64,000 nucleotides of DNA. Source: Bacteriovoracaceae bacterium. Lineage in GTDB: Bacteria; Bdellovibrionota; Bacteriovoracia; Bacteriovoracales; Bacteriovoracaceae. Each line of letters begins with the position of its first letter. Positions within the stretch are counted from its first letter, which is position 1. Shown one piece after another: positions 49,712 to 59,429 of the stretch. The notes under the pieces were generated by a model. The model did not search any database, was not told the DNA's origin, and saw only the letters and a list, made by a program, of their open reading frames with translations. Both the position numbers and the translations under genes were made by a program. The stretch lies in NCBI GenBank assembly GCA_018649885.1, contig JABIHA010000138.1, forward strand, positions 1 through 64,000. The letters run 5' to 3'.

Positions 49712-50488
49712 ATGGATCTAAACTTAGAGGGAAAAAGAGCACTTGTTTGTGGGTCTTCCCAGGGGATTGGTCTGGCCAGTGCCATAGAGCTCGCATCTCT
49801 TGGAGCCTCGGTTACGCTGGTATCTAGATCAGAAGAAAAACTCGTTAAGGCATTAGAGCAACTTCCTGGAAGCGGTCACGATTTTTTGGCAATTGATTTA
49901 AATGACAGCGATGCCATTCGTGAGCTTGTGGGCCCCTCTCATAAAAAATCTCCTTATAGTATTTTGGTAAATAATAGTGCTGGTCCCAAGGGTGGGCCTA
50001 TTGAATTTGCAGATCCAGACGATTTTGTTGCGGCCTTTAAGCAACATCTCTTAGCTGCTTCAATCATATCAAAAATTGTTCTTCCCGAAATGAAAAGCAT
50101 AGGCTTTGGAAGAATCATCAATATTATTTCTACTTCAGTAAAAACTCCACTCATGGGTTTAGGAGTTTCCAATACCATTCGCTCAGCTGTTGCAAGCTGG
50201 GGAAAAACTCTTTCTTTAGAAGTTGCCCCTTTTGGTGTGACTGTAAATAGTGTTCTTCCGGGTGCTACGGCCACATCAAGGCTTGACTCACTTCTTGAGA
50301 GCTGGGCCCAAAAAAGTGGATGTTCTGTGGAAGAAGAGGCCACAAAAAGAAAAGCTGCCATTCCCGCTGGAAGATTTGGAGAGCCTTCCGAAGTGGCTTC
50401 TGTAGTCGCTTTTTTATCATCACCTGCAGCTGCCTATGTAAATGGCGTTGCACTTTCTGTTGATGGAGGGAGAACCGCTTGTCTTTAA
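49712..50488 (+). CDS. Atypical SDR oxidoreductase
   Basis: GSSQGIG, VNNSAGP, SNTIR in place of YxxxK, VDGG. Confidence 0.88.
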   Translation: MDLNLEGKRALVCGSSQGIGLASAIELASLGASVTLVSRSEEKLVKALEQLPGSGHDFLAIDLNDSDAIRELVGPSHKKSPYSILVNNSAGPKGGPIEFADPDDFVAAFKQHLLAASIISKIVLPEMKSIGFGRIINIISTSVKTPLMGLGVSNTIRSAVASWGKTLSLEVAPFGVTVNSVLPGATATSRLDSLLESWAQKSGCSVEEEATKRKAAIPAGRFGEPSEVASVVAFLSSPAAAYVNGVALSVDGGRTACL

Positions 50489-51135
50489 TCAGTGACAATC
50501 AAAGCTATATTGATATCACCCCTGTTATTTCTGAGTCTATGGGTGTGTTTCCCGGCGATTGCTCTTTTAGTCGAGACGTCGTCTTGTCTTTTGAAAAAGG
50601 TGACAACTTAGTTTTAAGCTCTATCAAAGCTACTGCTCATTTAGGCGCTCACACAGATGCTCCCAACCATTACCACCCTGATGGAGTTTCAATCGAAAAG
50701 AGATCTCTTAATTACTATATGGGCCCTTGCCAAGTAATAGAGGTGCCCACCGCCAAAGGGCAAAGAATTGAGCTTAGTGATTTTGAAGATCAAAAAATTG
50801 TGGCCCGAAGAGTATTGTTTAAAACTAACTCTTATGTTGATCCCAATAATTGGAGTGATGACTTTTGCTCCCTTAGTGTCTCCGTTATTGAATATTTAAA
50901 TCAGCACAAGGTAAGGCTTGTGGGAATTGATACACCTTCAGTGGATCCATGTGATTCAAAAGATCTACCTGCACATCACGCTATTTATAAAAATGATATG
51001 GCGATTTTGGAAGGCGTTGTTCTAACAGATGTAGTTCCTGGAATATACACCCTACTGGCGCTACCTCTGGCAATTAGCGGAGGTGATGCCTCTCCAGTTA
51101 GGGCAATACTACTGAGTGAAGGAAATGGAGTCTAA
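50479..51135 (+). CDS. kynB: Kynurenine formamidase (cyclase family)
   Basis: HLGAHTDAPNH, GIDTPSVD, ILE, DASPVRA. Confidence 0.88.
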   Translation: MSLISDNQSYIDITPVISESMGVFPGDCSFSRDVVLSFEKGDNLVLSSIKATAHLGAHTDAPNHYHPDGVSIEKRSLNYYMGPCQVIEVPTAKGQRIELSDFEDQKIVARRVLFKTNSYVDPNNWSDDFCSLSVSVIEYLNQHKVRLVGIDTPSVDPCDSKDLPAHHAIYKNDMAILEGVVLTDVVPGIYTLLALPLAISGGDASPVRAILLSEGNGV

Positions 51136-52572
51136 GTGGAAAAGATATTAAACTACATTAATGGTGAGCTCGTTAGTCCAAAAAATGGGAATTGGATTGA
51201 GGGAATGAATCCGGCCACACTGGAAGTGACTTCACAAATCTGTGACTCTGAAGCCGCTGATGTGGAGGCTGCCATAAGAAGTGCTGAGTCCGCCTTCACA
51301 TTTTGGGGGCAGTCTTCAGTTTCCTACAGAGTCCAGGTTGTTAGAAAAATTGCCGATCTCATTGAAGAAAATATAGAAGAGCTCAGTAAAATTGAAAGCA
51401 TGGATAATGGAAAGCCTATTTCCGCCTCTAAAAGTGTCGACATTCCTAGGAGTGCTACTAACTTTCGCTATTTTTGCGATGCTATGACTCAGTTTTCAAG
51501 TGAGTGTCATCAAACAGATCCCGGGCTTATCAATTTCACTACAAGATCACCTCTGGGGGTTGTCGGTTGTATCTCCCCGTGGAACCTTCCTCTTTATCTT
51601 TTTACTTGGAAAATTGCACCCGCCCTACTGGCCGGCAATACCATTGTGGCCAAGCCCTCAGAGGTGACACCCATGAGTGCTTTTTTTCTTTCAAAGCTTT
51701 GTATTCGTGCGGGTCTTCCCGGAGGAGTGTTAAATATTGTTCACGGTCACGGTCATAAAATCGGGGAGACACTTAATACTGACCCGGTTGTTAAGGCTAT
51801 TTCTTTTACCGGAAGTACACAGACTGGAAGAATGATCGCCACTGCAGCTGCCGGAAGTTTCAAAAAAGTTGGCCTGGAGATGGGAGGAAAGAATCCTACC
51901 ATCGTTTTTGCTGATGCTGACCTTGAGCTTGCTACTTCGGGAGCAAAGAGGGCGGCATTTTCTAATCAGGGACAAATTTGTTTATGTGGTTCAAGAATTT
52001 TGGTGGAAAAGAGTATCTACTCTGATTTTTGCCATCGGCTTATTCAAAAGACTCGTGAAATTACCATTGGTGATCCCCTCGATCCTAAAACCCAGCATGG
52101 GGCGATGGTTAGTGGTGAGCATTTTAATAAAGTGATGAAAAGTATTGAACTGGCAGTGCAAGAGGGCGGAAAAATTCTTTGTGGCGGTAATAGCGTAAAA
52201 CCGGAAGGTCTCGCTGGATATTTTATAGAGCCTACATTGATAGAAGGTCTTGGCAGTGAGTGCAGAACAAATCAGGAAGAGATTTTTGGTCCAGTGGCGA
52301 CAATTATTCCTTTTGAAGGTGAAGAGCAGGCACTGGAAATTGCTAACTCCACCGAGTATGGCCTGGCGGCTTCTGTCTGGACTAAGGATATTAGTTTGGC
52401 CCACAGAATGTCAGAAAAACTTGAGGCCGGAATGGTTTGGGTAAATTGCTGGATGGAAAGAGATCTTCGAACTCCTTTTGGCGGAGTGAAAAATTCGGGC
52501 TTTGGAAGAGAGGGAGGGCTTGAGTCTCTTCGCTTTTTCACCAAACCCAAAAATATATGTATTAGTTATTAG
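51136..52572 (+). CDS. 2-aminomuconate semialdehyde dehydrogenase
   Basis: ISPWNLPLYL, KPSE, FTGS, LEMGGKN, NQGQICLCGSR, EEIFGP, RDLRTPFGG; cluster context. Confidence 0.88.
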   Translation: MEKILNYINGELVSPKNGNWIEGMNPATLEVTSQICDSEAADVEAAIRSAESAFTFWGQSSVSYRVQVVRKIADLIEENIEELSKIESMDNGKPISASKSVDIPRSATNFRYFCDAMTQFSSECHQTDPGLINFTTRSPLGVVGCISPWNLPLYLFTWKIAPALLAGNTIVAKPSEVTPMSAFFLSKLCIRAGLPGGVLNIVHGHGHKIGETLNTDPVVKAISFTGSTQTGRMIATAAAGSFKKVGLEMGGKNPTIVFADADLELATSGAKRAAFSNQGQICLCGSRILVEKSIYSDFCHRLIQKTREITIGDPLDPKTQHGAMVSGEHFNKVMKSIELAVQEGGKILCGGNSVKPEGLAGYFIEPTLIEGLGSECRTNQEEIFGPVATIIPFEGEEQALEIANSTEYGLAASVWTKDISLAHRMSEKLEAGMVWVNCWMERDLRTPFGGVKNSGFGREGGLESLRFFTKPKNICISY

Positions 52573-52581
52573 GATAGAAAA

Positions 52582-52992
52582 ATGGAAGAAAAAAATTCAA
52601 ATAGAGCTCCCGATCCCGTAGGCCTTTATCCCCACGCAAAAAAGGTGGGGAATTTATTATTTCTATCTGGTGTGGGCCCAAGAAAAAAAGGAACTGATCA
52701 AATCCCAGGGGTTGTGCTGGGTGAAAATGGAGAAGTAGTTGAAAGTGATATTGAAGCGCAATGTCGAAGTGTTTTTGATAATGTTAGGGCGATCTTAGAA
52801 GACTCGGGCTCTAGCTGGGATCAATTAGTAGATGTAACCGTTTTTCTTACCAATATGAAAAAAGACTTTAAAACCTATAATAAAATTTATGCTCAGTATT
52901 TCTCAGAAAATAGGCCTTGTCGAACGACAGTAGAGATTAACTGTCTTCCCACCCCTATTGCTATTGAATTAAAGTGCATAGCCACAATTTAA
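52582..52992 (+). CDS. RidA-family 2-aminomuconate deaminase
   Basis: GLYPHA, LFLSGVGPR, PCRTTVE, LPTPIAIELK; cluster context. Confidence 0.85.
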   Translation: MEEKNSNRAPDPVGLYPHAKKVGNLLFLSGVGPRKKGTDQIPGVVLGENGEVVESDIEAQCRSVFDNVRAILEDSGSSWDQLVDVTVFLTNMKKDFKTYNKIYAQYFSENRPCRTTVEINCLPTPIAIELKCIATI

Positions 52993-53008
52993 GATTCAGG
53001 AGACCATC

Positions 53009-53524
53009 ATGAGTACTTGTATTCCCATTAATTTTAAAAACTGGATTAACGATCACCGGGAATTTCTAAAACCCCCTGTTGGGAACAAGATGGTTTGGAA
53101 AGAAGGTGGGTTTATTGTGATGGTAGTTGGTGGGCCCAATGCTCGTCAGGATTACCATATAAATGAAACCGATGAGTTCTTCTACCAAGTAGAAGGAAAT
53201 ATGGTTTTAAAAACAAGAAATGATCACGGTAAGATAGTAGATGTACCTATTAATGAAGGTGAGATCTACCTTCTGTCTGGAGGGGTTCCGCACAGCCCAC
53301 AAAGAGAGGCCAATTCAGTTGGACTTGTTATTGAAAAAACGAGGGTCCCTGAAGACAAAGATTCTCTTGTTTGGTATTGCGAGGGATGCGACAGTGTCCT
53401 CTACAGCGAGACTTTTTATCTATCAAATATTGAAACCCAACTGAAAGAATGTTTTGATCGCTACTTTGGTGATGAAAAAAATTATACCTGCAAAAAATGT
53501 GGGCGGGTAAACCCAAAGGCTTAG
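53009..53524 (+). CDS. nbaC: 3-hydroxyanthranilate 3,4-dioxygenase
   Basis: LKPPVGN, VGGPNARQDYH, EFFYQ, VPHSPQR, two CxxC. Confidence 0.95.
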   Translation: MSTCIPINFKNWINDHREFLKPPVGNKMVWKEGGFIVMVVGGPNARQDYHINETDEFFYQVEGNMVLKTRNDHGKIVDVPINEGEIYLLSGGVPHSPQREANSVGLVIEKTRVPEDKDSLVWYCEGCDSVLYSETFYLSNIETQLKECFDRYFGDEKNYTCKKCGRVNPKA

Positions 53525-53526
53525 TA

Positions 53527-54558
53527 GTGTTAAAAATTGATATTCATACCCATATTCTTCCTCCTGTAATCCCTGAGTTTAAAAAACAATTCGGATACGG
53601 AGGATTTATCTGTCTTGAGCACGCGAGCGCTGAATGTAACTGCACTGCCAATATGGTGGGAGATGATGGGCGGTTTTTCCGTAGTGTTGAGCCCAATTGT
53701 TTTGATCCCAAGGCCAGAATTATAGACTGTGATGAACATGATGTGGGTGTGCAAGTGCTTTCAACAGTACCAGTGATGTTTAGTTACTGGACTAAACCAG
53801 ATGATGGACTATTTGTTGCAAAATTTCTCAATGATCATATCGCTAGTGTTTGTCAGAAATTTCCAAAAAGATTTGTGGGGCTGGGAACACTTCCTATGCA
53901 ATCACCAAAGCTAGCTGTTAAAGAGCTAGAGCGCCTTGTGAAAGAATTGGGGTTGTGTGGAGTAGAAATTGGCTCTCATATTGGGGAGTTAAATTTAAAT
54001 GATCCTGCACTTTTTGAAGTTTTTGAAGCGGCTGCTGAATTGGGCGCGGCCGTACTCGTTCATCCCTGGGATATGATGGGAAAAGAGCGTATGGAGAAGT
54101 ACTGGCTTCCATGGCTTGTGGGAATGCCGGCTGAAAGTTCACTGGCGATTTGTTCCATGATTTTTGGTGGTGTCTTTGAACGCCTCCCCAAACTCAAGGT
54201 AGCCTTCGCCCACGGAGGAGGCTCCTTTCCGTCTACAATTGGAAGAATTGAGCATGGTTTTAATGTCAGACCGGATCTTTGTGCCATCGACAATGATAAA
54301 TCACCTCTTGATTACCTAGGGCGTTTTTGGGTTGATTCATTAGTTCACAATAAGGCAATGCTCGCCCAACTGATAGAGCTCTTTGGATCTAATCGTGTGG
54401 CCCTTGGCACAGATTATCCTTTTCCCCTAGGAGAGCTAGAACCTGGACAATTAATAGGGTCAATGAATTTAGATCAAGAAACTAGGAACAACCTATATCA
54501 CGCCAGTGCCCTAGAGTGGCTTGGCCTTGAAAAAGAAAGATTCACCACGGAGAATTAA
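53527..54558 (+). CDS. nbaD: ACMS decarboxylase (ACMSD, amidohydrolase)
   Basis: DIHTH, VHPWDM, WLPWLVGMPAE, AHGGGSFP, LGTDYPFPLGE; GTG 53527 likely start. Confidence 0.93.
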   Translation: MLKIDIHTHILPPVIPEFKKQFGYGGFICLEHASAECNCTANMVGDDGRFFRSVEPNCFDPKARIIDCDEHDVGVQVLSTVPVMFSYWTKPDDGLFVAKFLNDHIASVCQKFPKRFVGLGTLPMQSPKLAVKELERLVKELGLCGVEIGSHIGELNLNDPALFEVFEAAAELGAAVLVHPWDMMGKERMEKYWLPWLVGMPAESSLAICSMIFGGVFERLPKLKVAFAHGGGSFPSTIGRIEHGFNVRPDLCAIDNDKSPLDYLGRFWVDSLVHNKAMLAQLIELFGSNRVALGTDYPFPLGELEPGQLIGSMNLDQETRNNLYHASALEWLGLEKERFTTEN

Positions 54559-54560
54559 AG

Positions 54561-55643
54561 ATGCAAAAAAATCCTAACCCTTGCTATTACCCTGATTACT
54601 TAAAATTAAATATGGTCTTAGGCAGCCAAGAGCCCTTAAGTGGTAAATACGGCGAAGAGGCCCATGATGAAACTCTTTTTATCATTGTTCATCAAGTATA
54701 TGAGTTATGGTTCAAACAAATTTTGCACGAAATGGGTGTTGTGCTCAATGTTTTTGGGCAAGATTACATTAGTGAGTCAGATCTAGGAAGTTGTCTTTCA
54801 AAAACCTACCGAGTTAAGTCGATTCAAAAAGTACTTATTGATCAGCTCAATATTATCGAGACCATGACTCCTCAAGCCTTTTTAGATTTTAGAGACTACC
54901 TTGTCCCCGCTTCTGGTTTTCAAAGCGTTCAGTTTAGAGAACTTGAAATTAGGCTTGGACTCAAAACTGACAACCGGGTCGCTTACGACAATAAATCCTT
55001 TCACAATCGCCTGTCAGCTGAACACCAAGAATACCTTATCAATGTGGAGAAACAGCCCGCCCTAATTGATCTTTTGGCGAATTGGCTTGAAAGGCTTCCT
55101 TTTGTCGATTTTGGAGGATTCAAATTTTGGGAACAATATCAAACTGCCGTTTGGAAAATGTTAGATAGTGATAGTGAAATCATTAAAAATAACCCCACAC
55201 TAAATCATGAAGAAATAAAACTCCAATTAAAAGAGCTTGATTTAACAAGGGCGAGCTTTGAATCTCTGTTTGATGATGAAAAATACAACGAGCGTTTTCC
55301 AAATCACGTACTCTCAAGAAAAGCGATGCTTTCAGCACTGTTTATTAAGCTCTATAGTTGGTATCCACTACTGGATATTCCTGCAAGATTTTTAACATCA
55401 CTGATGGATATTGATGAATTACTTGCCAATTGGAGGCACAATCACGCTCTGATGGTTCAAAGAATGATTGGGACCAAAATTGGTACTGGCGGTTCTGCAG
55501 GACACACATACCTTAAGGCCACAACACATTCCAATCGAGTTTTTACAGATTTATTTAATATATCGACTTTCTTAGTGCCCACATCTGCACTACCTAAGTT
55601 ACCTGAAGAGGTAATAAAAAACCTTCAGTTTCAAAGAATGTGA
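54561..55643 (+). CDS. kynA: Tryptophan 2,3-dioxygenase (long form)
   Basis: HDETLFIIVHQVYELWFKQ, PASGFQS.QFR, WRHNH..MVQRMIG..GTGGS. Confidence 0.95.
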   Translation: MQKNPNPCYYPDYLKLNMVLGSQEPLSGKYGEEAHDETLFIIVHQVYELWFKQILHEMGVVLNVFGQDYISESDLGSCLSKTYRVKSIQKVLIDQLNIIETMTPQAFLDFRDYLVPASGFQSVQFRELEIRLGLKTDNRVAYDNKSFHNRLSAEHQEYLINVEKQPALIDLLANWLERLPFVDFGGFKFWEQYQTAVWKMLDSDSEIIKNNPTLNHEEIKLQLKELDLTRASFESLFDDEKYNERFPNHVLSRKAMLSALFIKLYSWYPLLDIPARFLTSLMDIDELLANWRHNHALMVQRMIGTKIGTGGSAGHTYLKATTHSNRVFTDLFNISTFLVPTSALPKLPEEVIKNLQFQRM

Positions 55644-55873
55644 TCTTCGATCTCGCCAGTAATTGTCTGGCAATAAACTTCCTTGTCCTCTGGGGTTAGC
55701 CCCAGGGTCTCGGCAAGGGAGTCGGTAATGGAGGGGGCATCAATATGAACATCGATATCCATTTTCTCCATATCACTGGCAAATTCAAAGGCCTTCTCTA
55801 TAGTCTCTAGGTGTGTTGAGTATAAGACACTACCAGAAGCTGTATTAATAACTTTTACGTTCTTTTCTTTCAT
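55631..55873 (-). CDS. Small acidic hypothetical protein
   Basis: ORF from ATG 55873, follows 55917 gene on the same strand. Confidence 0.6.
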   Translation of the reverse strand: MKEKNVKVINTASGSVLYSTHLETIEKAFEFASDMEKMDIDVHIDAPSITDSLAETLGLTPEDKEVYCQTITGEIEDHIL

Positions 55874-55916
55874 CCAGATATTATGCCCATTTGTAAAAAG
55901 AACAGGCAAGTGGATT

Positions 55917-57155
55917 TTATTTGTGGCACAGTGTTGGAACTGTGATGGAGATATTTTGTGATTTTAATGAATCGTATAAATCCATTTTGAAAGCACTCGC
56001 AGCAGTTCTCACTCCTCCCGGAAGGGAGTTCTTGTTTTTGATCATGCAGTGTAGAGAGGCGGCGAGCAATTTAACGGTGGATTTATTTGATGGGTCCCCA
56101 GAGGATTTCATTTGGGCCTTAAAAAGAGACCCGCTTTCAGTTATTGCAAAAATGTGTGCTGCAAAATGACCTCGTTCAATACTTAGATCACTTGGACCTT
56201 CTCCCGATTTTGGACCAAATCTTTTTAGCAGTGGGTGTAAGGCCTTTTTTTGAAAGGCAAAGTCTGCCAATTTTTGGGCCCAGCTAACTCCTTTAGCAGA
56301 AACCTTGTTAAAGCTGTTGGTGGGATTCCAGTATTCATTATAATAAAAAGGGAGTTTAAAATACTGATGATCTTTACTTAGAAGCTCAACACTTCTTTGA
56401 ACTACATTGGTATTTATTGATCTTTGGAAAAACGGTGCCACCCATTTTCCGTAATTTTTGTGGAAGTGGGCCTTGTCTTCTTCTTCACAGTACTCATCAG
56501 CAATATCAAAGCTATCAACACAAAGGTTATAAGGGGAGTGTGCCTCCATATAATTTTGATTTTTTCCAAGACCAAGGGCGGTTAAAAAAGTACCCCCATT
56601 AAGGCCACCACCAATATTGTAGACTATCTCAACTTGTTTGGTTTTCTCTCCCACAAATTGATGAATTTTTTCCATCATATAGAAGCTGCCAAAGTCAGCA
56701 GGCACAGAATCAAATCCTGCGAAGGGAATAATACAAGTACCGTTTTCCACAGCTTTAGAATGTGATGATTTAATGATTTTTTTGCCGAAATTTACTTCCC
56801 CGCTAATATCGAGATAATGAGTTTTGTGTCTTACACAGCTTTCAACAATATTAGGGCCATTTTGAAAAAAAGGACCAGCTAAATTAATTACAATCTCAGA
56901 CTCCGAAATCAACTCATCGATACGTCTGGTATCTTCTAAATTCGCGACTTGTTTTTCTGGTCTATTACTGGGATGAAGAGTTCTGTAAACGCGGTCAAGT
57001 TTTTTTGGATCCCTTCCAGAAATGGCCCAATGGCGAAGACCAAACTCAGCTCGGTGTGAGATATATTGGATGAATCTTTTGCCGACAAAGCCTGTAGCTC
57101 CGAAAACAATAATCTGATATTTTTTCATAGTCAGCACACTTACCATCGTGGGCAT
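55917..57155 (-). CDS. Saccharopine dehydrogenase-like oxidoreductase
   Basis: FGATGFVG, AGPF, YLDISGE, GFDSVPAD, GGT, GEGPS; true start may be ATG 57128. Confidence 0.85.
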   Translation of the reverse strand: MPTMVSVLTMKKYQIIVFGATGFVGKRFIQYISHRAEFGLRHWAISGRDPKKLDRVYRTLHPSNRPEKQVANLEDTRRIDELISESEIVINLAGPFFQNGPNIVESCVRHKTHYLDISGEVNFGKKIIKSSHSKAVENGTCIIPFAGFDSVPADFGSFYMMEKIHQFVGEKTKQVEIVYNIGGGLNGGTFLTALGLGKNQNYMEAHSPYNLCVDSFDIADEYCEEEDKAHFHKNYGKWVAPFFQRSINTNVVQRSVELLSKDHQYFKLPFYYNEYWNPTNSFNKVSAKGVSWAQKLADFAFQKKALHPLLKRFGPKSGEGPSDLSIERGHFAAHIFAITESGSLFKAQMKSSGDPSNKSTVKLLAASLHCMIKNKNSLPGGVRTAASAFKMDLYDSLKSQNISITVPTLCHK

Positions 57156-57293
57156 GACTTAGGCCACGCTCGTAATAAATTTTATGGACTTCTTCACTAA
57201 GAGGTTCAAATTGCACAGTCCAAATAGGGGGCCCAATAAGCTTCATTTAAGTAGTTGATGGATGTGATAGACTATAGCTTCCAGGAGGTTTCA

Positions 57294-57566
57294 ATGTACG
57301 CTCTTTTTCTATTTGCACCGCTTTACTATCTCTGGGATTTCTCACAAGGTTCACCAAATGGTTTACTCGGGGTGCTACCCTCACTTTTCATGATTTACTT
57401 GGGTCTGGGGATTTTGTTCTCAGTTATTAAAATTTCATTGGTGCTTAGTTCTGATTTTTGTGTCAAAAGCATGAGCCTCCCCATTTTATTGCATCAAAAA
57501 GATTTTGGAGATGGACAGCTAAGGGATCTAAGTGTGGAGAAAGAGGAAACCCCCAAGGCTGCATAG
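57294..57566 (+). CDS. Small membrane protein
   Basis: AGGAGG RBS, two hydrophobic segments. Confidence 0.55.
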   Translation: MYALFLFAPLYYLWDFSQGSPNGLLGVLPSLFMIYLGLGILFSVIKISLVLSSDFCVKSMSLPILLHQKDFGDGQLRDLSVEKEETPKAA

Positions 57567-57650
57567 CGAAGACCTTTTCATTCTGATCTATTTTATCGCT
57601 AGAAATATTACATCCAAAGTAGTAAAAATTCGGGCACATATAATTTTAAG

Positions 57651-58523
57651 GTGTTCATGGTTTTTAAAGATTTACTCCAACTGACTAAGCCAAAATTGAG
57701 TGGGCTTGTGATTTTTACCTCTGCCGCTGGAATGCTACTAGCGCCTGGCGAGATCTCTTTTGCGCAGGGGGCTTGGGCCACACTTCTCATTACTATGGTT
57801 GTGGCATCTGGTGCTGTCCTCAATTCTTTTCTTGAGTGGAAGCTCGATAAGAAAATGGCCAGAACTAAAAGCAGACCTTTGCCTGCTGGAAGAATGAGCC
57901 CGGAGCTTGCGCTGTGGTTTGGTGTCCTGCTAAGTGTGATCTCTCTGCCACTGCTTGTTTTTACCGTTAATACCTTAACTGCATTTTTGGGCTTTATAGC
58001 GTGGTCTACTTATTTATTTGCCTATACACCTATGAAAAAACGAACACCACTTGCAGTTGCTGTAGGGGCCATTCCTGGAGCCCTTCCACCACTAATGGGG
58101 TGGGCCGCTTGCGCTGGAGGCCTTGACGCCATGGCCTGGTCACTTTTTATCATTTTGTGTGTTTGGCAAATTCCACATTTTCTTGCCATCTCTATTGTTC
58201 ATAGACTTGATTATCACAATGCAGGGGTTATGGTTTTGCCAAACCTAGAGGGAATTGATGTGACGGCCAAGTGTATCTTTGCCACAACACTACTTCTTTA
58301 CGCTGTTAGTTTTCTGCCAGGCTTTGTATCTACAACATTTGCTGGATATTCGGTGGCCGCCCTTCTCCTGGGAGCAGTACTTGCCTTTTTCTCCTGGAAA
58401 ACCTGTGCTCATTCTTCTCAAACTTCCCAGAGTTTTAAATGGTCCAAGGCCTACTTCTGGTCAACCATTGCTTACTTGCCGCTACTGTTCATTTGCATGA
58501 TTGCATTTAAATTCTCCAACTAA
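57651..58523 (+). CDS. ctaB: Protoheme IX farnesyltransferase (heme O synthase)
   Basis: LTKP, D.KMARTKSRPLP.G, YTPMKK, GAIPGALPP, WQIPHF. Confidence 0.93.
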   Translation: MFMVFKDLLQLTKPKLSGLVIFTSAAGMLLAPGEISFAQGAWATLLITMVVASGAVLNSFLEWKLDKKMARTKSRPLPAGRMSPELALWFGVLLSVISLPLLVFTVNTLTAFLGFIAWSTYLFAYTPMKKRTPLAVAVGAIPGALPPLMGWAACAGGLDAMAWSLFIILCVWQIPHFLAISIVHRLDYHNAGVMVLPNLEGIDVTAKCIFATTLLLYAVSFLPGFVSTTFAGYSVAALLLGAVLAFFSWKTCAHSSQTSQSFKWSKAYFWSTIAYLPLLFICMIAFKFSN

Positions 58524-58607
58524 AAGATTCTACTTCTATTCTAATTTCATGAGGGTTATCATGTTTAGAAATGACGTGTTCAATGCTTTTGCCATAGGAA
58601 TCTATTT

Positions 58608-59429
58608 ATGGGTTTTAAATTATTGGTTTCGCTGCTCCATGTAGGCCAAGTCAGTGCTGGAATGTTTTCAGATTTCATTACGATGCTGACCCCTCCTGAA
58701 GATATTTCTACTTACGGTCACAAGATTATGTTTCTGTTTAACTACATCACTGTGATGAATGTGTTTTATTTCACGCTCGTGTGTATTGGCCTTTTTGGTT
58801 TCTCTTATTTGTATAGTGCCAAGAGAAACAAGACTCCTGAGTACACTTATGGAAATAGAAAAAAACAGCTTAAGGTTACCCTGATAATAGGTCTGGCCGT
58901 TTTTTGTACAGTGGATAGTGTTATTACAGTGACGGCCAACAATGATTTGGTAAATACTTTTTGGAAGTTTCCTGAAAGTGATGATCCTGAAACTATCAAG
59001 GTTCAAGTTTTGGCCCAACAGTGGATGTGGCACTTTAGGCTTGCCGGTAATGATAAGGTTTTTAATACAGATGATGACATCGTGACCGCCAATCATCTTC
59101 ATCTTCCAATAGGAAAAAAAATTGTTTTTCAACTAACTTCTAAAGATGTCATTCACTCCTTTTTCCTACCTAATGCTAGGGTAAAGATTGATGCAATGCC
59201 TGGAAGAATTTCAAGGATCTGGGTCGAGTTTACAAAGTCTGGTGATTTCGAGATCGCTTGCGCTGAAATGTGCGGGACCCATCACTATCTAATGAAAGCA
59301 AAAATGACTTTATACGATCCAGATGATTTTCAGTATTGGGAAAGTGAAGCAGCTAAGTTTGCTTACCAAGAAAACGATACAGGGACTGTTGATTCCTACT
59401 GGGGATGGAAGTGGGAGAGCAATAGATGA
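58608..59429 (+). CDS. coxB: Cytochrome c oxidase subunit II
   Basis: Two TM helices, QWMW, DVIHSF, CAEMCGTHHYLM CuA site. Confidence 0.93.
   Translation: MGFKLLVSLLHVGQVSAGMFSDFITMLTPPEDISTYGHKIMFLFNYITVMNVFYFTLVCIGLFGFSYLYSAKRNKTPEYTYGNRKKQLKVTLIIGLAVFCTVDSVITVTANNDLVNTFWKFPESDDPETIKVQVLAQQWMWHFRLAGNDKVFNTDDDIVTANHLHLPIGKKIVFQLTSKDVIHSFFLPNARVKIDAMPGRISRIWVEFTKSGDFEIACAEMCGTHHYLMKAKMTLYDPDDFQYWESEAAKFAYQENDTGTVDSYWGWKWESNR

Noticed and set aside
58570..58584. FNR box upstream of coxB
   Set aside because: atgacgtgttcaa does not fit TTGAT-N4-ATCAA in spacing or sequence
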